Notes: generated from the sequence alone by a model not told the origin. Counted from the first letter of the stretch, positions 1 through 9,553 are shown. The stretch: DNA of 64,000 nucleotides from an uncultured Pseudomonadota bacterium (GCA_902762295.1 CACWNX010000001.1:532094-596093), one strand, 5' to 3'. Translations and numbers: made by a program.

Positions 1-738
1 ATTGTTGATGTTGGTATATCGCGTTCCGGCTTAGTTGGTGTTTTTCGCAATGTTAAACCATTATCATGTGCCCACTTAGCTATACTTTTAACAGAATATT
101 GACCTGTCGCATATTCTTCAAACATCTTTTTAACCAAAGGCGCACGAACTGGGTCCAATGTAATGATTGCATTCTGTTTTTCATCTTCGTCATTTAAATA
201 CCCAAGTGGTGCGAAAGATTGCCATAAACCATTAGACCAATTTGTTTGCATTGAACGGTTAACATTATCGCGTAAACTATCAACATACGCTTGTGCAGCC
301 AATACACTCATATTCCATCGTAATTGTTCTGAAGATGTTGAATGGTCTGTAATGGTTAAACAATCTCTTAAAAAATGAATTTCCAATACAGATTTTTCTG
401 CCAAATCTTTTAATTCAACTGTCTCTTTAAAACTTCGTTGAATACGGTCAACACAGTCTGCAATTATAAGTGTTTTTGACTTTCTCGCTTTTACAAATTC
501 CAAAACTTCTTTAAATCGTTTGCGTTCACCGCGGGTTGAAGATTCAGTAATATTAAATATTTTTATTACTTTTATACCCATTGAATCACAGTATTGTTGA
601 CAATTCATAATCTGTGCGGTTGTAGATTGTCCACGCGCTTGTTCCCTTGAACTAACTCTGGCGAAAATCACCGCTTCTTTTGCTGTTGGACCGCTTGGTT
701 GTGCAAACAAATTATTAGTATTAAAAATATTTTCCATA
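1..738 (-). CDS. Large serine recombinase, N-terminal part. The gene runs off the window start, so it is partial.
   Basis: Minus-strand ATG at 738-736 preceded by an AAGGAG-like RBS. Translation MENIFNTNNLFAQPSGPTAKEAVIFARVSSREQARGQ... carries the resolvase-type catalytic serine motif (RVSSxEQ). The frame stays open to base 1, which is why it is absent from the ORF track. Confidence 0.65.
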
Positions 739-760
739 ATTTACTCCTTATAATTAGATT

Positions 761-943
761 TTATCGTGTATTAAATTGAAAGTACGCTGTTATTTTTTGC
801 TTTTTTTCTGTTTTATATGCTTTTGCTGCCATTGTAAAAAAATCAACCAGTTCCCATGCCATTGACGCCAGTTCTTTATCTGATATCTTTTCATCAGGAA
901 AAGCGTTTTTTATTTCTTTTTTCAATAAGTCAAAATCAGTCAT
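761..943 (-). CDS. Small hypothetical protein (60 aa) upstream of the serine recombinase; possible accessory or RDF-like factor.
   Basis: ORF from the track, co-oriented with and immediately upstream of the recombinase. No recognisable motif. Confidence 0.3.
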   Translation of the reverse strand: MTDFDLLKKEIKNAFPDEKISDKELASMAWELVDFFTMAAKAYKTEKKQKITAYFQFNTR

Positions 944-1077
944 TGTATAACATCTTTATTGTTTCATACTGACATCACAACCGTGTCAGAGATATTATAT
1001 AGAATTTGAACCCACAACCAATCTCTACGAACTAAACTTCCAATTCGGACAACAATTTTCCAATTCCGATAAAAATC

Positions 1078-1102
1078 TGGTTTGACCGACGGGGCAGACC
1101 AC
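1078..1102. repeat. Copy A of a 26-bp imperfect palindrome: TGGTTTGACCGACGGGGCAGACCAC.
   Basis: Aligns with the copies at 4528, 8826 and (inverted) 12546. Consensus GTGrTTTGACC-N4-GGGCrCACCAC. Confidence 0.6.
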
Positions 1103-1165
1103 GGTTATTAATCTGAAATAGCATGTTCGGTACAGAATAAACATGTGTGTTTTTGTCCCTTATTC

Positions 1166-1194
1166 TTGACTTTTTGTCCCAGATGTGTTATAAT
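1166..1194 (+). promoter_or_regulatory. Consensus sigma-70 promoter (TTGACT-17-TATAAT) driving the ietA-like operon.
   Basis: TTGACT at 1166-1171, 17-nt spacer, TATAAT at 1189-1194. RBS AGGGAGA lies 8 nt before the ATG at 1215. Confidence 0.6.
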
Positions 1195-1214
1195 GCACGA
1201 ACCAGGGAGAAAAA

Positions 1215-2255
1215 ATGAAAAAAAAGAATATAATAGATTTAATCAAATACCATGTAGAGGATAACGAACCGGCATTCCGTAATGAAGCATATGAAATTGC
1301 AAAGGACTTTGATTTGAATGGCGATTATCAATTAGCCGAATATATTATGAATTTAATGTCAAGCACGAATTCTTTTGTTCCACAACTGTTAGATAATGAA
1401 TCTTCTTTTTTAAAGAAGGTTGATATCAACACAGAACCATTGCCTTTACCTACCGCAATTAAAGATGATATTGTGGGCATTGTAAATGCGACAACACATA
1501 ATGTGGGGGTTAACAAATTTTTATTTGAGGGTGCCCCAGGCACAGGCAAAACCGAAACCGCTAAGCAAATAGCAAGAATTCTTAACAGGGATTTATTTGC
1601 TGTTGATTTTAGTACTATCATAGACAGCAAATTGGGGCAGACCATAAAAAATATCACGGCATTGTTTGATGAAATTAATTCTGTCGTGCATCCAGAAAAG
1701 GTTATAATTTTGTTTGACGAAATAGACGTGATTGCAATAGATCGAATGAATTCCAACGATTTAAGAGAAATGGGCAGAGCAACATCAACTATGTTAAAAG
1801 GTTTGGACTCTCTTAAAGATAAAATTGTTTTAATAGCAACGACAAACTTATTCACTTCGTTTGATAAGGCGCTTGTCCGCAGGTTTGATGCAGTAATAAA
1901 TTTTGATAGATATGGTCATGACGATTTGGAAGAAATTGCGACAATTATTTTGAACGATTTTTTACAAAAATTCAAAATTCCTGAACGCAATACCAAGTTG
2001 TTCAAAAAAATTTTGAATCTTATGGACAAGATACCATTGCCGGGTGATTTGAAAAATTTATTAAAAATTTCTGTCGCTTTCAGCAATCCTTCGGTGAAGT
2101 TTGATTATTTAAAAAGGTTGTTTAACACAATAACAAAAGAAAAAAACTTGGATATGCAAAAACTTCAATCTATGGGTTTTACAGTTAGGGATATTGAAAT
2201 CTTAACAGGTGTATCAAAAAGTCAGGTTTCCAGAGAATTAAGGGATAACAAATGA
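1215..2255 (+). CDS. ietA: AAA+ ATPase with C-terminal HTH, IetA-like (ATPase partner of an S8 protease).
   Basis: Walker A GAPGTGKT, Walker B ILFDEID, C-terminal HTH (ILTGVSKSQVSRELR). Its stop overlaps the start of the downstream subtilase (ATGA). The two-gene architecture matches the IetAS defence system from memory. Confidence 0.6.
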   Translation: MKKKNIIDLIKYHVEDNEPAFRNEAYEIAKDFDLNGDYQLAEYIMNLMSSTNSFVPQLLDNESSFLKKVDINTEPLPLPTAIKDDIVGIVNATTHNVGVNKFLFEGAPGTGKTETAKQIARILNRDLFAVDFSTIIDSKLGQTIKNITALFDEINSVVHPEKVIILFDEIDVIAIDRMNSNDLREMGRATSTMLKGLDSLKDKIVLIATTNLFTSFDKALVRRFDAVINFDRYGHDDLEEIATIILNDFLQKFKIPERNTKLFKKILNLMDKIPLPGDLKNLLKISVAFSNPSVKFDYLKRLFNTITKEKNLDMQKLQSMGFTVRDIEILTGVSKSQVSRELRDNK

Positions 2256-4468
2256 ATGAATTGTTGCAATTGAAAGGCAGATTTGAACAAAAAGCACGCA
2301 ATACCACTTTGGGAAGCCCTAATTTACCGACCAATGGTGTATTAAATGTGGAACATTTACGTGAATTAAAGTCTGAACTTGAATACCTTTTGGAATATTG
2401 GAAAGGCAACACAGTTATAAATGGTGCTTTGATAAGTGTGTTTTATACAGATATTATTCCAAAAAGCAGAAGAATCACGGGAACCTTTGCTAATGGCAAT
2501 ATTCATTCTAATGATTCTGTGGTTGGTGCCAAATTTATCGACGACGGCAAAACAAAACATGTTATAACACACTATATCTCTTTGGAATTATTAAAGAAAA
2601 CAATCGGGTTTTACGAATTAGCAATAGATGCATTGACGATTTTATTTAAAGGGGTCGTATCATACACAGATATTGATAAGATGAATAAAAAAATAATTCC
2701 ATATGATTACGATGGTCTGACTAAAACTAAATTTTTAAACATCATTATTGATGCGTATTATGTTGAAAAATTCGGAATAAATGTTCCAGAATACAATAAA
2801 AAGGAAAATTCAATTATTACAATTTATCAAACGGATATTCCAACTGGTTTGTTAATGGATCGTTTGGGAATAAAACTTCCGCCGACACGTATTATAGACC
2901 AAACAACAATGCTATTAACTCCCGATCAAATTGGTATTCTTTTTGATAAAGCCCCATATCTTGTGTCAATGTCTGTGACGGATTTGTCCAAATTCGATGA
3001 TATTGAATTAAAATTCACACAAACAAATAATACTATTGCGTCGATACCGTCCCCGAGTACAGAGCCTGTTATTGGTGTTATAGATACTCTTTTTGATAAT
3101 CGGGTCTATTTTTCTGAATGGGTAGAATACAAAGATATGGTATCTGCAGACATACCAAAAAAACAATCGGATTATGAACATGGGACAGCTGTTTCATCTA
3201 TCATAGTTGATGGTCCAACATTTAATCCAGAATTGGACGATGGCTGTGGCAGGTTTAGAGTTAGACATTTTGGCGTTGCAACTGGTGGTTCATTCAGCTC
3301 CTTTTCCATTTTGCGAGCCATCAAAGAAATTGTGGCAGCAAACAAAGATATAAAAGTATGGAATCTGTCATTGGGATCACAGTTGGAAATTAATGAAAAT
3401 TTCATATCACCAGAAGCCGCAATTCTTGATTCCATTCAGGCTGAAAATGATATTATTTTTATAATAGCTGGTACAAATAAAATAGACCCAAAATCAAAAA
3501 ATGTATTGATAGGTGCACCTGCAGATTCCATCAATTCGCTTGTCGTGAATGCAGTGACCCCTAAAAATTTGCCAACTGATTATTCCAGACGTGGCCCAGT
3601 ATTATCTTTTTTTATGAAACCTGACGTGAGTTATTATGGTGGTACAGATGACAACCGAATTCGGGTATGTACACCAACTGGTGAAAAACTTGTGCAAGGA
3701 ACATCCTTTGCGGCGCCTTGGATTGCCAGGAAAATGGCGTATTTGATTCATATTGCCGGTTTAACCAGAGAAGTGGCGAAAGCTTTGATTATAGATGCGG
3801 CAACTGGATGGAAAAAAGAAACAGATACAACAGAATACATCGGGCATGGCGTAGTCCCGGTCAAAATAAATGATATTGTTCAATCCCCAAAAGACGAAAT
3901 AAAATTCTTTTTGTCTGGCAAATCTGAGAAATACGATACCTATAATTATAATATACCTGTTCCAATTTCCAATGAAAAACATCCATTTATTGCGAAAGCA
4001 ACTCTGTGTTATTTTCCTGCGTGTTCAAGAAATCAAGGGGTGGATTATACCAATACGGAATTAGATATTTTATTTGGCAGGATTGGCAACGATAATGCGA
4101 TAAAACCAATTAATAACAATTACCAATCGGAAGTCGGACATTTCATGTATGAAAAAGAAGCCAGAAAATATTACAGAAAATGGGACAACATTAAACACAT
4201 TCGAGAAACAGAAAATAAAAACAAACCAAAGAAAATTTATACCGGGATGTGGGGAATTAGTATAAAAACAAAAGAACGCTTAGAACAAAAATTTGGCGAG
4301 GATTTGAAATTTGGAGTAGTTATAACACTAAAAGCAATTGATGGTGTAAACAGAATTGAAGATTTTATACAGCAATGTTCTTTACGCGGTTGGTTGGTTA
4401 ATAGAATCAACATTGAAAATAAAATTGATATTTATAATGCTGCAGAAGCTCATGTTGATTTTAGTTAA
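2252..4468 (+). CDS. ietS: S8 subtilisin-like serine protease, IetS-like.
   Basis: Asp motif VIGVIDT, His motif HGTAVSS, Ser motif GTSFAAPWIA in the canonical order, after a ~250-aa N-terminal extension. Translationally coupled to the upstream ATPase. Confidence 0.7.
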   Translation: MNELLQLKGRFEQKARNTTLGSPNLPTNGVLNVEHLRELKSELEYLLEYWKGNTVINGALISVFYTDIIPKSRRITGTFANGNIHSNDSVVGAKFIDDGKTKHVITHYISLELLKKTIGFYELAIDALTILFKGVVSYTDIDKMNKKIIPYDYDGLTKTKFLNIIIDAYYVEKFGINVPEYNKKENSIITIYQTDIPTGLLMDRLGIKLPPTRIIDQTTMLLTPDQIGILFDKAPYLVSMSVTDLSKFDDIELKFTQTNNTIASIPSPSTEPVIGVIDTLFDNRVYFSEWVEYKDMVSADIPKKQSDYEHGTAVSSIIVDGPTFNPELDDGCGRFRVRHFGVATGGSFSSFSILRAIKEIVAANKDIKVWNLSLGSQLEINENFISPEAAILDSIQAENDIIFIIAGTNKIDPKSKNVLIGAPADSINSLVVNAVTPKNLPTDYSRRGPVLSFFMKPDVSYYGGTDDNRIRVCTPTGEKLVQGTSFAAPWIARKMAYLIHIAGLTREVAKALIIDAATGWKKETDTTEYIGHGVVPVKINDIVQSPKDEIKFFLSGKSEKYDTYNYNIPVPISNEKHPFIAKATLCYFPACSRNQGVDYTNTELDILFGRIGNDNAIKPINNNYQSEVGHFMYEKEARKYYRKWDNIKHIRETENKNKPKKIYTGMWGISIKTKERLEQKFGEDLKFGVVITLKAIDGVNRIEDFIQQCSLRGWLVNRINIENKIDIYNAAEAHVDFS

Positions 4469-4527
4469 ACCGAAATTTTATTCTACTTAAGAATAATAAA
4501 GTTCTTATATATAAAAATAGAAAAAAT

Positions 4528-4553
4528 GTGGTTTGACCGATGGGGCGCACCAC
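4528..4553. repeat. Copy B of the 26-bp palindrome: GTGGTTTGACCGATGGGGCGCACCAC.
   Basis: Abuts the stop codon (4557-4559) of the serine recombinase gene. Confidence 0.6.
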
Positions 4554-4556
4554 AAA

Positions 4557-5156
4557 TTACCAACCCATACGATTTATAAAATTTGATACGGTTGCGGGTG
4601 ATACAGACATCATTTTTGCAATACGGTATTTTGTGAATCCTGCATCTAACCAATTTTTAATCTTTTTGGTATTGCGTGATAATTTCAATTTCTTTGATTG
4701 GGCTGCAAAGGGGCGTCCTAATCTTTTACCGGTTGCACGAATACTGTCCAGGGATGCTTTGGTGCGTTGTGATATTAAATTTCTCTCTATCTCTGCCGAA
4801 AGCCCAAAGGCAAATGCCATAACTTTACTTTGAATGTCGTTTCCTAATCTGTAATGTTCCTTTAATGTCCAAACCTGGCAATTTTTATTCAAACAGGTTT
4901 CTAAAATCCGCATAACTTCCAACAATGAACGACCAAGGCGTGAAATTTCAGCAGCAATCAAAATATCTCCGTCTTGTAATTCATCCAATAATTGCCCAAG
5001 TTTTCTTTTGTTTAATGGTTTTCTTGATGATATTGTTTCTTCAAGCCATCTATCCACTATTATATTGTTTTGATGTGCAAATTGTTCAATTTCAAAATGT
5101 TGATGTTCGCATGTTTGTTTATTTGATGATACACGAATATACCCAATAACTGCCAT
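4557..5156 (-). CDS. Small serine recombinase, DNA invertase/resolvase family (Hin/Gin/Tn3-resolvase-like).
   Basis: N-terminus MAVIGYIRVSSNKQ with the catalytic Ser. C-terminal HTH (YRIAKMMSVSPATVSNFI). 199 aa. Confidence 0.85.
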   Translation of the reverse strand: MAVIGYIRVSSNKQTCEHQHFEIEQFAHQNNIIVDRWLEETISSRKPLNKRKLGQLLDELQDGDILIAAEISRLGRSLLEVMRILETCLNKNCQVWTLKEHYRLGNDIQSKVMAFAFGLSAEIERNLISQRTKASLDSIRATGKRLGRPFAAQSKKLKLSRNTKKIKNWLDAGFTKYRIAKMMSVSPATVSNFINRMGW

Positions 5157-5417
5157 TTTTTCTAATCCTTTGGTTGATTAACTGTTTCAATTTAATAGAA
5201 CGTTTGTGGAATAAGCACCAAGAAACTAATCCGTTAAAACTTTAAAATCTTTGTCTGCCTTGGTTTTCTAAGGATTTTTAATTATAAAAATTTATTCATA
5301 AAAAATTCTGAAACTAAAAAAAATATGTTGATTTTATCGTTGGTTTGTTTTATAGTCCTATTCGTGGATAAAAAGAAGTATTCACAGTTTTTAATATTAA
5401 AAATAAAAGGAAAAAAA

Positions 5418-7331
5418 ATGAGACAATCAAAAACAACTTTAAAAGAATTAACCGCTCAATATCGTAGCGTGTTAAAACGTGCTTTTATTGCTGGTGTTAT
5501 GGCTGTCGCAACCGCTAATAGCGCAAATGCAGCAATTACACCTAGTGATATTAGTACCATTAACGATAGTATCAATATGGTGCAATCGGATGGAAATTAT
5601 ACAACTAGCATGGGTGATTTTAATGCTGGCACAACCGATTATAGCACTGCGGCAGGATATGGTTTGTACACATACGACCATGATAATAATCCAGAAACAG
5701 CAGAAATTGCATTAACTACAAACGATGGTAGTGAAACATTAGATAATACAGTATTCACATATACAGACAATACTGGTGCAACAACTAACTTAGGTGATAA
5801 TGCAACTGGATTTACAACAAGTGATTTTACAGGTGCGGCCGGAACAATAGATGTTGCTGATGGTACAACTGATTTGACAACATTAGAAGCAAATACAACA
5901 ACCGTTGGTTTAGGAAATTATCAATATATGGCTAACTTTGATAACTCTGGTGATGCATTAACAGCTTTGACAGAGGATGCACCAGAATTGAGTTCTTTCC
6001 ATAATGATATTACTTTAACAACAGGTGCAATCACTGTTAACGGAAACGACGAAGTAAACAAACCAAGTATCGACCAATATGGTTTTGCTATTACATTGCA
6101 TGATGGCAGCACAGGAAACTTTGATTTGGTTTATAATGAATCTACACACTTGTATTCTTATAATTATGATGGCGATGTTGTATTGGATGCAGCAGATATT
6201 GCAGCTGCGGATGCACAAGTTTCATCACAGTCTGCAAATTTAATTGCTGACACAACATTGTTCAATGGTGCTGTTGCGACAAACACAACCAATTATAACA
6301 GTGCAGTTGGCCATTATAATACTGTTCATGGTGTTTATGAATCTGATACAAATACTCAAAGCACATTAAATACTAATTATGGTAATTATGAAACAAGCTT
6401 TGCAGAAGCACAGGCGAATCAAACTGCTGCTGCTGGAAACTTATCAGAAGCACAAGGGGCTTATGCTGCTGATTTAGCAATATATACTCCGGTTGCAACT
6501 GCATATAATAACTATGAAAATTCTTTGGGTAAAAGTATAGACGCAAAGGATGAAACTGTATTAACAAGTGCAAAAGATTATGCAGATAGTTTAGCAGATA
6601 ACTATGATGCAGCGGGTTCAGCTGATGCCGAAAAGACACGTGCACAAGGTGAAGAAACCGCTATCCGTAGTGAATTTGCAGCAGCTGATACAACTCTGCA
6701 GAACAATATCGATGCAGAAACAAGTCGCGCGCAAGGGGAAGAAACCGCTATCCGTAGTGAATTTGCAGCAGCAGACACTACTTTGCAAAACAACATAAAT
6801 GCAGAAGCAACAGCTCGTCAAGCTGCAGATACTACATTGCAAGCTAACATCGATGCCGAAGCAAGCACTCGTGCAGCTGCTGATACAACTTTGCAGAACA
6901 ATATCGATGCTGAAGCTTTAGCTCGTGCTAATGCTGATACGGCATTGCAGAACAATATCGACAACGAAGTTGCTCGTGCTACAGCACAAGAAGCTGCTAT
7001 CCGTGGCGAAATTGCCGCTGCTGATGCTATGACATTGTCAAAAGCTAACTCTTACACAGACAGCCGTGTGAACACACTTGAAAAGAATGTATCTGGTGGT
7101 GTTGCAGCAGCTACAGCCTTATCATCAGTAGAAGTATCTAATGTAAAGAAAGGTGAAGTATCCGTTGGTGGTGGTTACGGATATTACAACAGCCAATCTG
7201 CAATGGCATTAGGTGCAGCTATGGGCTTGTCTGATAGATGGTCCATCAATGCAGGTGCCGGTATTGCAAGTGGTGATAAAACACAAGTAGCATTCCGTGC
7301 CGGTACAAACTACAAATTTAAATTGTTTTAA
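5418..7331 (+). CDS. Trimeric autotransporter adhesin, YadA-like.
   Basis: RBS plus ATG at 5418 (MRQSKTTL...). Long extended signal peptide ending ANSANA. Thr/Asn-rich passenger. Coiled-coil stalk with 14-26-aa repeats (AADTTLQNNIDAE...). C-terminal ~70-aa YadA-type anchor ending ...AFRAGTNYKFKLF. Confidence 0.7.
   Translation: MRQSKTTLKELTAQYRSVLKRAFIAGVMAVATANSANAAITPSDISTINDSINMVQSDGNYTTSMGDFNAGTTDYSTAAGYGLYTYDHDNNPETAEIALTTNDGSETLDNTVFTYTDNTGATTNLGDNATGFTTSDFTGAAGTIDVADGTTDLTTLEANTTTVGLGNYQYMANFDNSGDALTALTEDAPELSSFHNDITLTTGAITVNGNDEVNKPSIDQYGFAITLHDGSTGNFDLVYNESTHLYSYNYDGDVVLDAADIAAADAQVSSQSANLIADTTLFNGAVATNTTNYNSAVGHYNTVHGVYESDTNTQSTLNTNYGNYETSFAEAQANQTAAAGNLSEAQGAYAADLAIYTPVATAYNNYENSLGKSIDAKDETVLTSAKDYADSLADNYDAAGSADAEKTRAQGEETAIRSEFAAADTTLQNNIDAETSRAQGEETAIRSEFAAADTTLQNNINAEATARQAADTTLQANIDAEASTRAAADTTLQNNIDAEALARANADTALQNNIDNEVARATAQEAAIRGEIAAADAMTLSKANSYTDSRVNTLEKNVSGGVAAATALSSVEVSNVKKGEVSVGGGYGYYNSQSAMALGAAMGLSDRWSINAGAGIASGDKTQVAFRAGTNYKFKLF
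6620..6975 (+). repeat. Intragenic near-identical tandem repeats within the adhesin stalk. Unit ~78 bp; two copies nearly perfect, with ~3 further degenerate copies.
   Basis: The protein segment RAQGEETAIRSEFAAADTTLQNNIDAE is duplicated. TTLQ(N/A)NIDAEA repeats occur seven times. Confidence 0.8.
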
Positions 7332-7365
7332 TAAATCCTGATAATTTATTTTTGTTAGTATAAAC

Positions 7366-7400
7366 AATCCCTATATGCAAATATGGGGATTCGTTTTTTT
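7366..7400 (+). terminator. Rho-independent terminator after the adhesin gene.
   Basis: Hairpin AATCCCTATATGCAAATATGGGGATT followed by T7. Confidence 0.6.
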
Positions 7401-7722
7401 AGTTAACGCTTGCCACGGCCTGAATTTGAAGCATTCATACATGTTTTATTGAACTTCTTTGCATAAGTATTGTTGCCGTTTACCATTTGCGCATAAAATA
7501 CGACGATAGCTATACAATTTAAACAGTTTATCTTTAACTATATCAATTTAATAGTAAATACGACTCTGTTTTGCTCCGAAAGACTAAAAATAGTCAAAAA
7601 TCCTTAAAAATAGGGCTTTCGGGACTCTTTTTTTGCATTTTTTAGTTCGCGAAGGCCTAAAAACACGACATAATTTAAGTGTAAAAGAAGCAAAAAAGAA
7701 CCTAAAAACAAAGGAGTATACA

Positions 7723-7998
7723 ATGCTTAAACTTTACAAAAACTGGTTAATTCAAAAAGGTTATTCTACCACAACGCAGAATAACAAACCATCGACCGTT
7801 TACGACTATACCACATCGATTATTCGTGTGTGTAATTGGGAATCAAAGACGATTGAACAGTTAGCAGAATCTATTTCGACGATATTACCGCAATATACAA
7901 TCGGTGAACATTCTGCGCGTGGCCGTATGAAAAGCCGTGCTGTTCGTTGCAGTGTTAGGGCTTTCTCTAAATTCTTAATTGAAACACAGGTGGCTTAA
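7723..7998 (+). CDS. Hypothetical small protein (91 aa); weak resemblance to an integrase N-terminal SAM-like domain.
   Basis: AGGAG RBS 7 nt before the ATG at 7723. Pattern YKNWLIQKGYSTTTQNNKPSTVYDY. First gene of a three-gene plus-strand operon. Confidence 0.45.
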   Translation: MLKLYKNWLIQKGYSTTTQNNKPSTVYDYTTSIIRVCNWESKTIEQLAESISTILPQYTIGEHSARGRMKSRAVRCSVRAFSKFLIETQVA

Positions 7999-8332
7999 CA
8001 TGAATATGAATAAGATTGCTGAATTAAACGATAACCTGCGAAAGAATTTATTTACACCTGGGCAAAACCAGGTGTTTATATCGCATGGTGTTAACTCTTT
8101 GCCACATATTGAACGGGCTCGGTTGTTAGACAAAGTCCAAAATTTTAATGATTTTAATCACGCAAACGACCCATATAAAGAACACGATTTTGCACGCATA
8201 GAACACAGGGGAATAAATTATTTGTTCAAAATAGATTATTACAACCTTGATATGGATGCCGGTTCTGATGACCCAAGTAATCCAGATGTTACCACGCGTG
8301 TTTTAACGATAATGCGCGCAGACGAATATTAA
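7999..8332 (+). CDS. Hypothetical protein (~110 aa).
   Basis: ORF overlaps the end of the upstream gene. A start at 7999 (MNMNKIAELN) is plausible. No recognised motif. Confidence 0.4.
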
Positions 8333-8347
8333 ACAAAAGGAAATGAT

Positions 8348-8524
8348 ATGATAGCAGCCGTTCAACAAGTTGGAAATAATGTTCGTGTTTTAAACGAACA
8401 GGGTTTAACTCTGTTTATGAAATGTGGCGAATTAGTTGGATACACATCTCAAACCATCAGCATAAGATTAAATTCAACCGTTTGGACTTATGATTCTAGT
8501 GGCCGATGTTTGTTTGGAAGGTAA
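8348..8524 (+). CDS. Hypothetical small protein (58 aa).
   Basis: Compact ORF after an AAGGAAA RBS, followed directly by a strong terminator. Confidence 0.35.
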   Translation: MIAAVQQVGNNVRVLNEQGLTLFMKCGELVGYTSQTISIRLNSTVWTYDSSGRCLFGR

Positions 8525-8530
8525 ATATAA

Positions 8531-8565
8531 AACCTGCTGATTTTGAGTTAGCAGGTTATTTTTTA
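8531..8565 (+). terminator. Rho-independent terminator.
   Basis: AACCTGCT-N11-AGCAGGTT hairpin plus T8. Confidence 0.7.
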
Positions 8566-8676
8566 TCATTGTTCCAAATTTAGCCCAGAATCACCCCAAT
8601 TTGATTTGGTTTATAACTTATATCCGGTTAGTATTTGGGGCAACCACACTTGGTTTTTGGAACAATATGGTATGTT

Positions 8677-9366
8677 TCAGGTGATTGCGATACTATTGAT
8701 TAGATAATCTGGCTTATAATTTGCAATATTCAACCTTATCGGTAATGTGGCTATTTGATACCATAAACAAACGATAAATAATGGCTTTAATACAAATCGT
8801 TTAACCCATTTTACGAATTTGGATTGTGGTTTGACCTGTTGGGCGCACCACTTTTGTTGTTTCTTTTCTGGGATGTTAAATATAGTCGTTGTGGTTGATA
8901 GACGGCCTTTTATATCATGCTCAGTTTTGATTTGTTTGACGCAATAAAAAAATAAATGTTCCGGTGTAAAGGTTATAGGTTCCAATTCAAATGTTTGGTG
9001 TGTAAGGCGCAAATCATATTCGGTTCTATCCAGCGCACCTTGTAATTGTTCGGTTGTATATTTGCAGTTATAAATCAATATGTGAAAATGATAACCAAAC
9101 CATGAATTTTTTTCGGCAATACATATCATTGGCAGCGGTTTTTTGTTCCAGTGGTTCGGTCTAAGGCATTTTTGAAATCGTTTTATGACGGCTTTTAATT
9201 TGGCGTTATATTTATCTAAACCGCCATTTCGCCAATTCAATGGTAGTTGCACCGTTAAAAAGTGGCTTGGGTGATATTGCGATATGGCGTTTATTAACTT
9301 GACTTGGGTTGGTGTTGGTTCGCATTTTTCTTCGTTCAGCCATTGATTAACTTTATCTTGATACAT
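8677..9366 (-). CDS. HUH-endonuclease-superfamily protein, rolling-circle replication initiator (Rep)-like.
   Basis: Motifs in Rep order: motif I HFLTVQL (FLT), motif II GYHFHILIY (HUH), motif III FFYCVKQIK (YxxK). The 3' end of the ORF reads through palindrome copy C, so the true C-terminus is uncertain. Confidence 0.5.
   Translation of the reverse strand: MYQDKVNQWLNEEKCEPTPTQVKLINAISQYHPSHFLTVQLPLNWRNGGLDKYNAKLKAVIKRFQKCLRPNHWNKKPLPMICIAEKNSWFGYHFHILIYNCKYTTEQLQGALDRTEYDLRLTHQTFELEPITFTPEHLFFYCVKQIKTEHDIKGRLSTTTTIFNIPEKKQQKWCAQQVKPQSKFVKWVKRFVLKPLFIVCLWYQIATLPIRLNIANYKPDYLINSIAIT
8826..8851. repeat. Copy C of the 26-bp palindrome: GTGGTTTGACCTGTTGGGCGCACCAC.
   Basis: Same orientation as copies A and B. 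Lies inside the 3' end of the Rep-like ORF. Confidence 0.6.
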
Positions 9367-9553
9367 TTTTTAAACCTTTATTTAATGGGTATAAAAATTT
9401 ACATAGGACAGCGCGAAACAGGTCCCATTGAATCTAAACAGCAAAGCGTTATGATGGACGCGATGCCCAATTTAATAGAACCGATTTTTTACAGGATTCA
9501 TGTCGCAGAAATTTTCCGAAATATAAAAAATCCCCCAACGAAGGGGGACTGTA

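Noticed and set aside
1328-1855. 175-aa antisense ORF inside ietA
   Set aside because: Fully embedded antisense to a motif-supported ATPase gene. No RBS.
4528-4553. Reading the 26-bp motif as a promoter (-35 TTGACC)
   Set aside because: No suitably spaced -10 element follows in the copies. Two copies overlap gene 3' ends. The palindromic architecture fits a protein-binding or recombination site better.
5157-5417. Invertible promoter segment between the invertase and the adhesin
   Set aside because: Only a weak 7-bp inverted repeat (AATCCTT/AAGGATT) was found. This is insufficient to call a hix-like pair.
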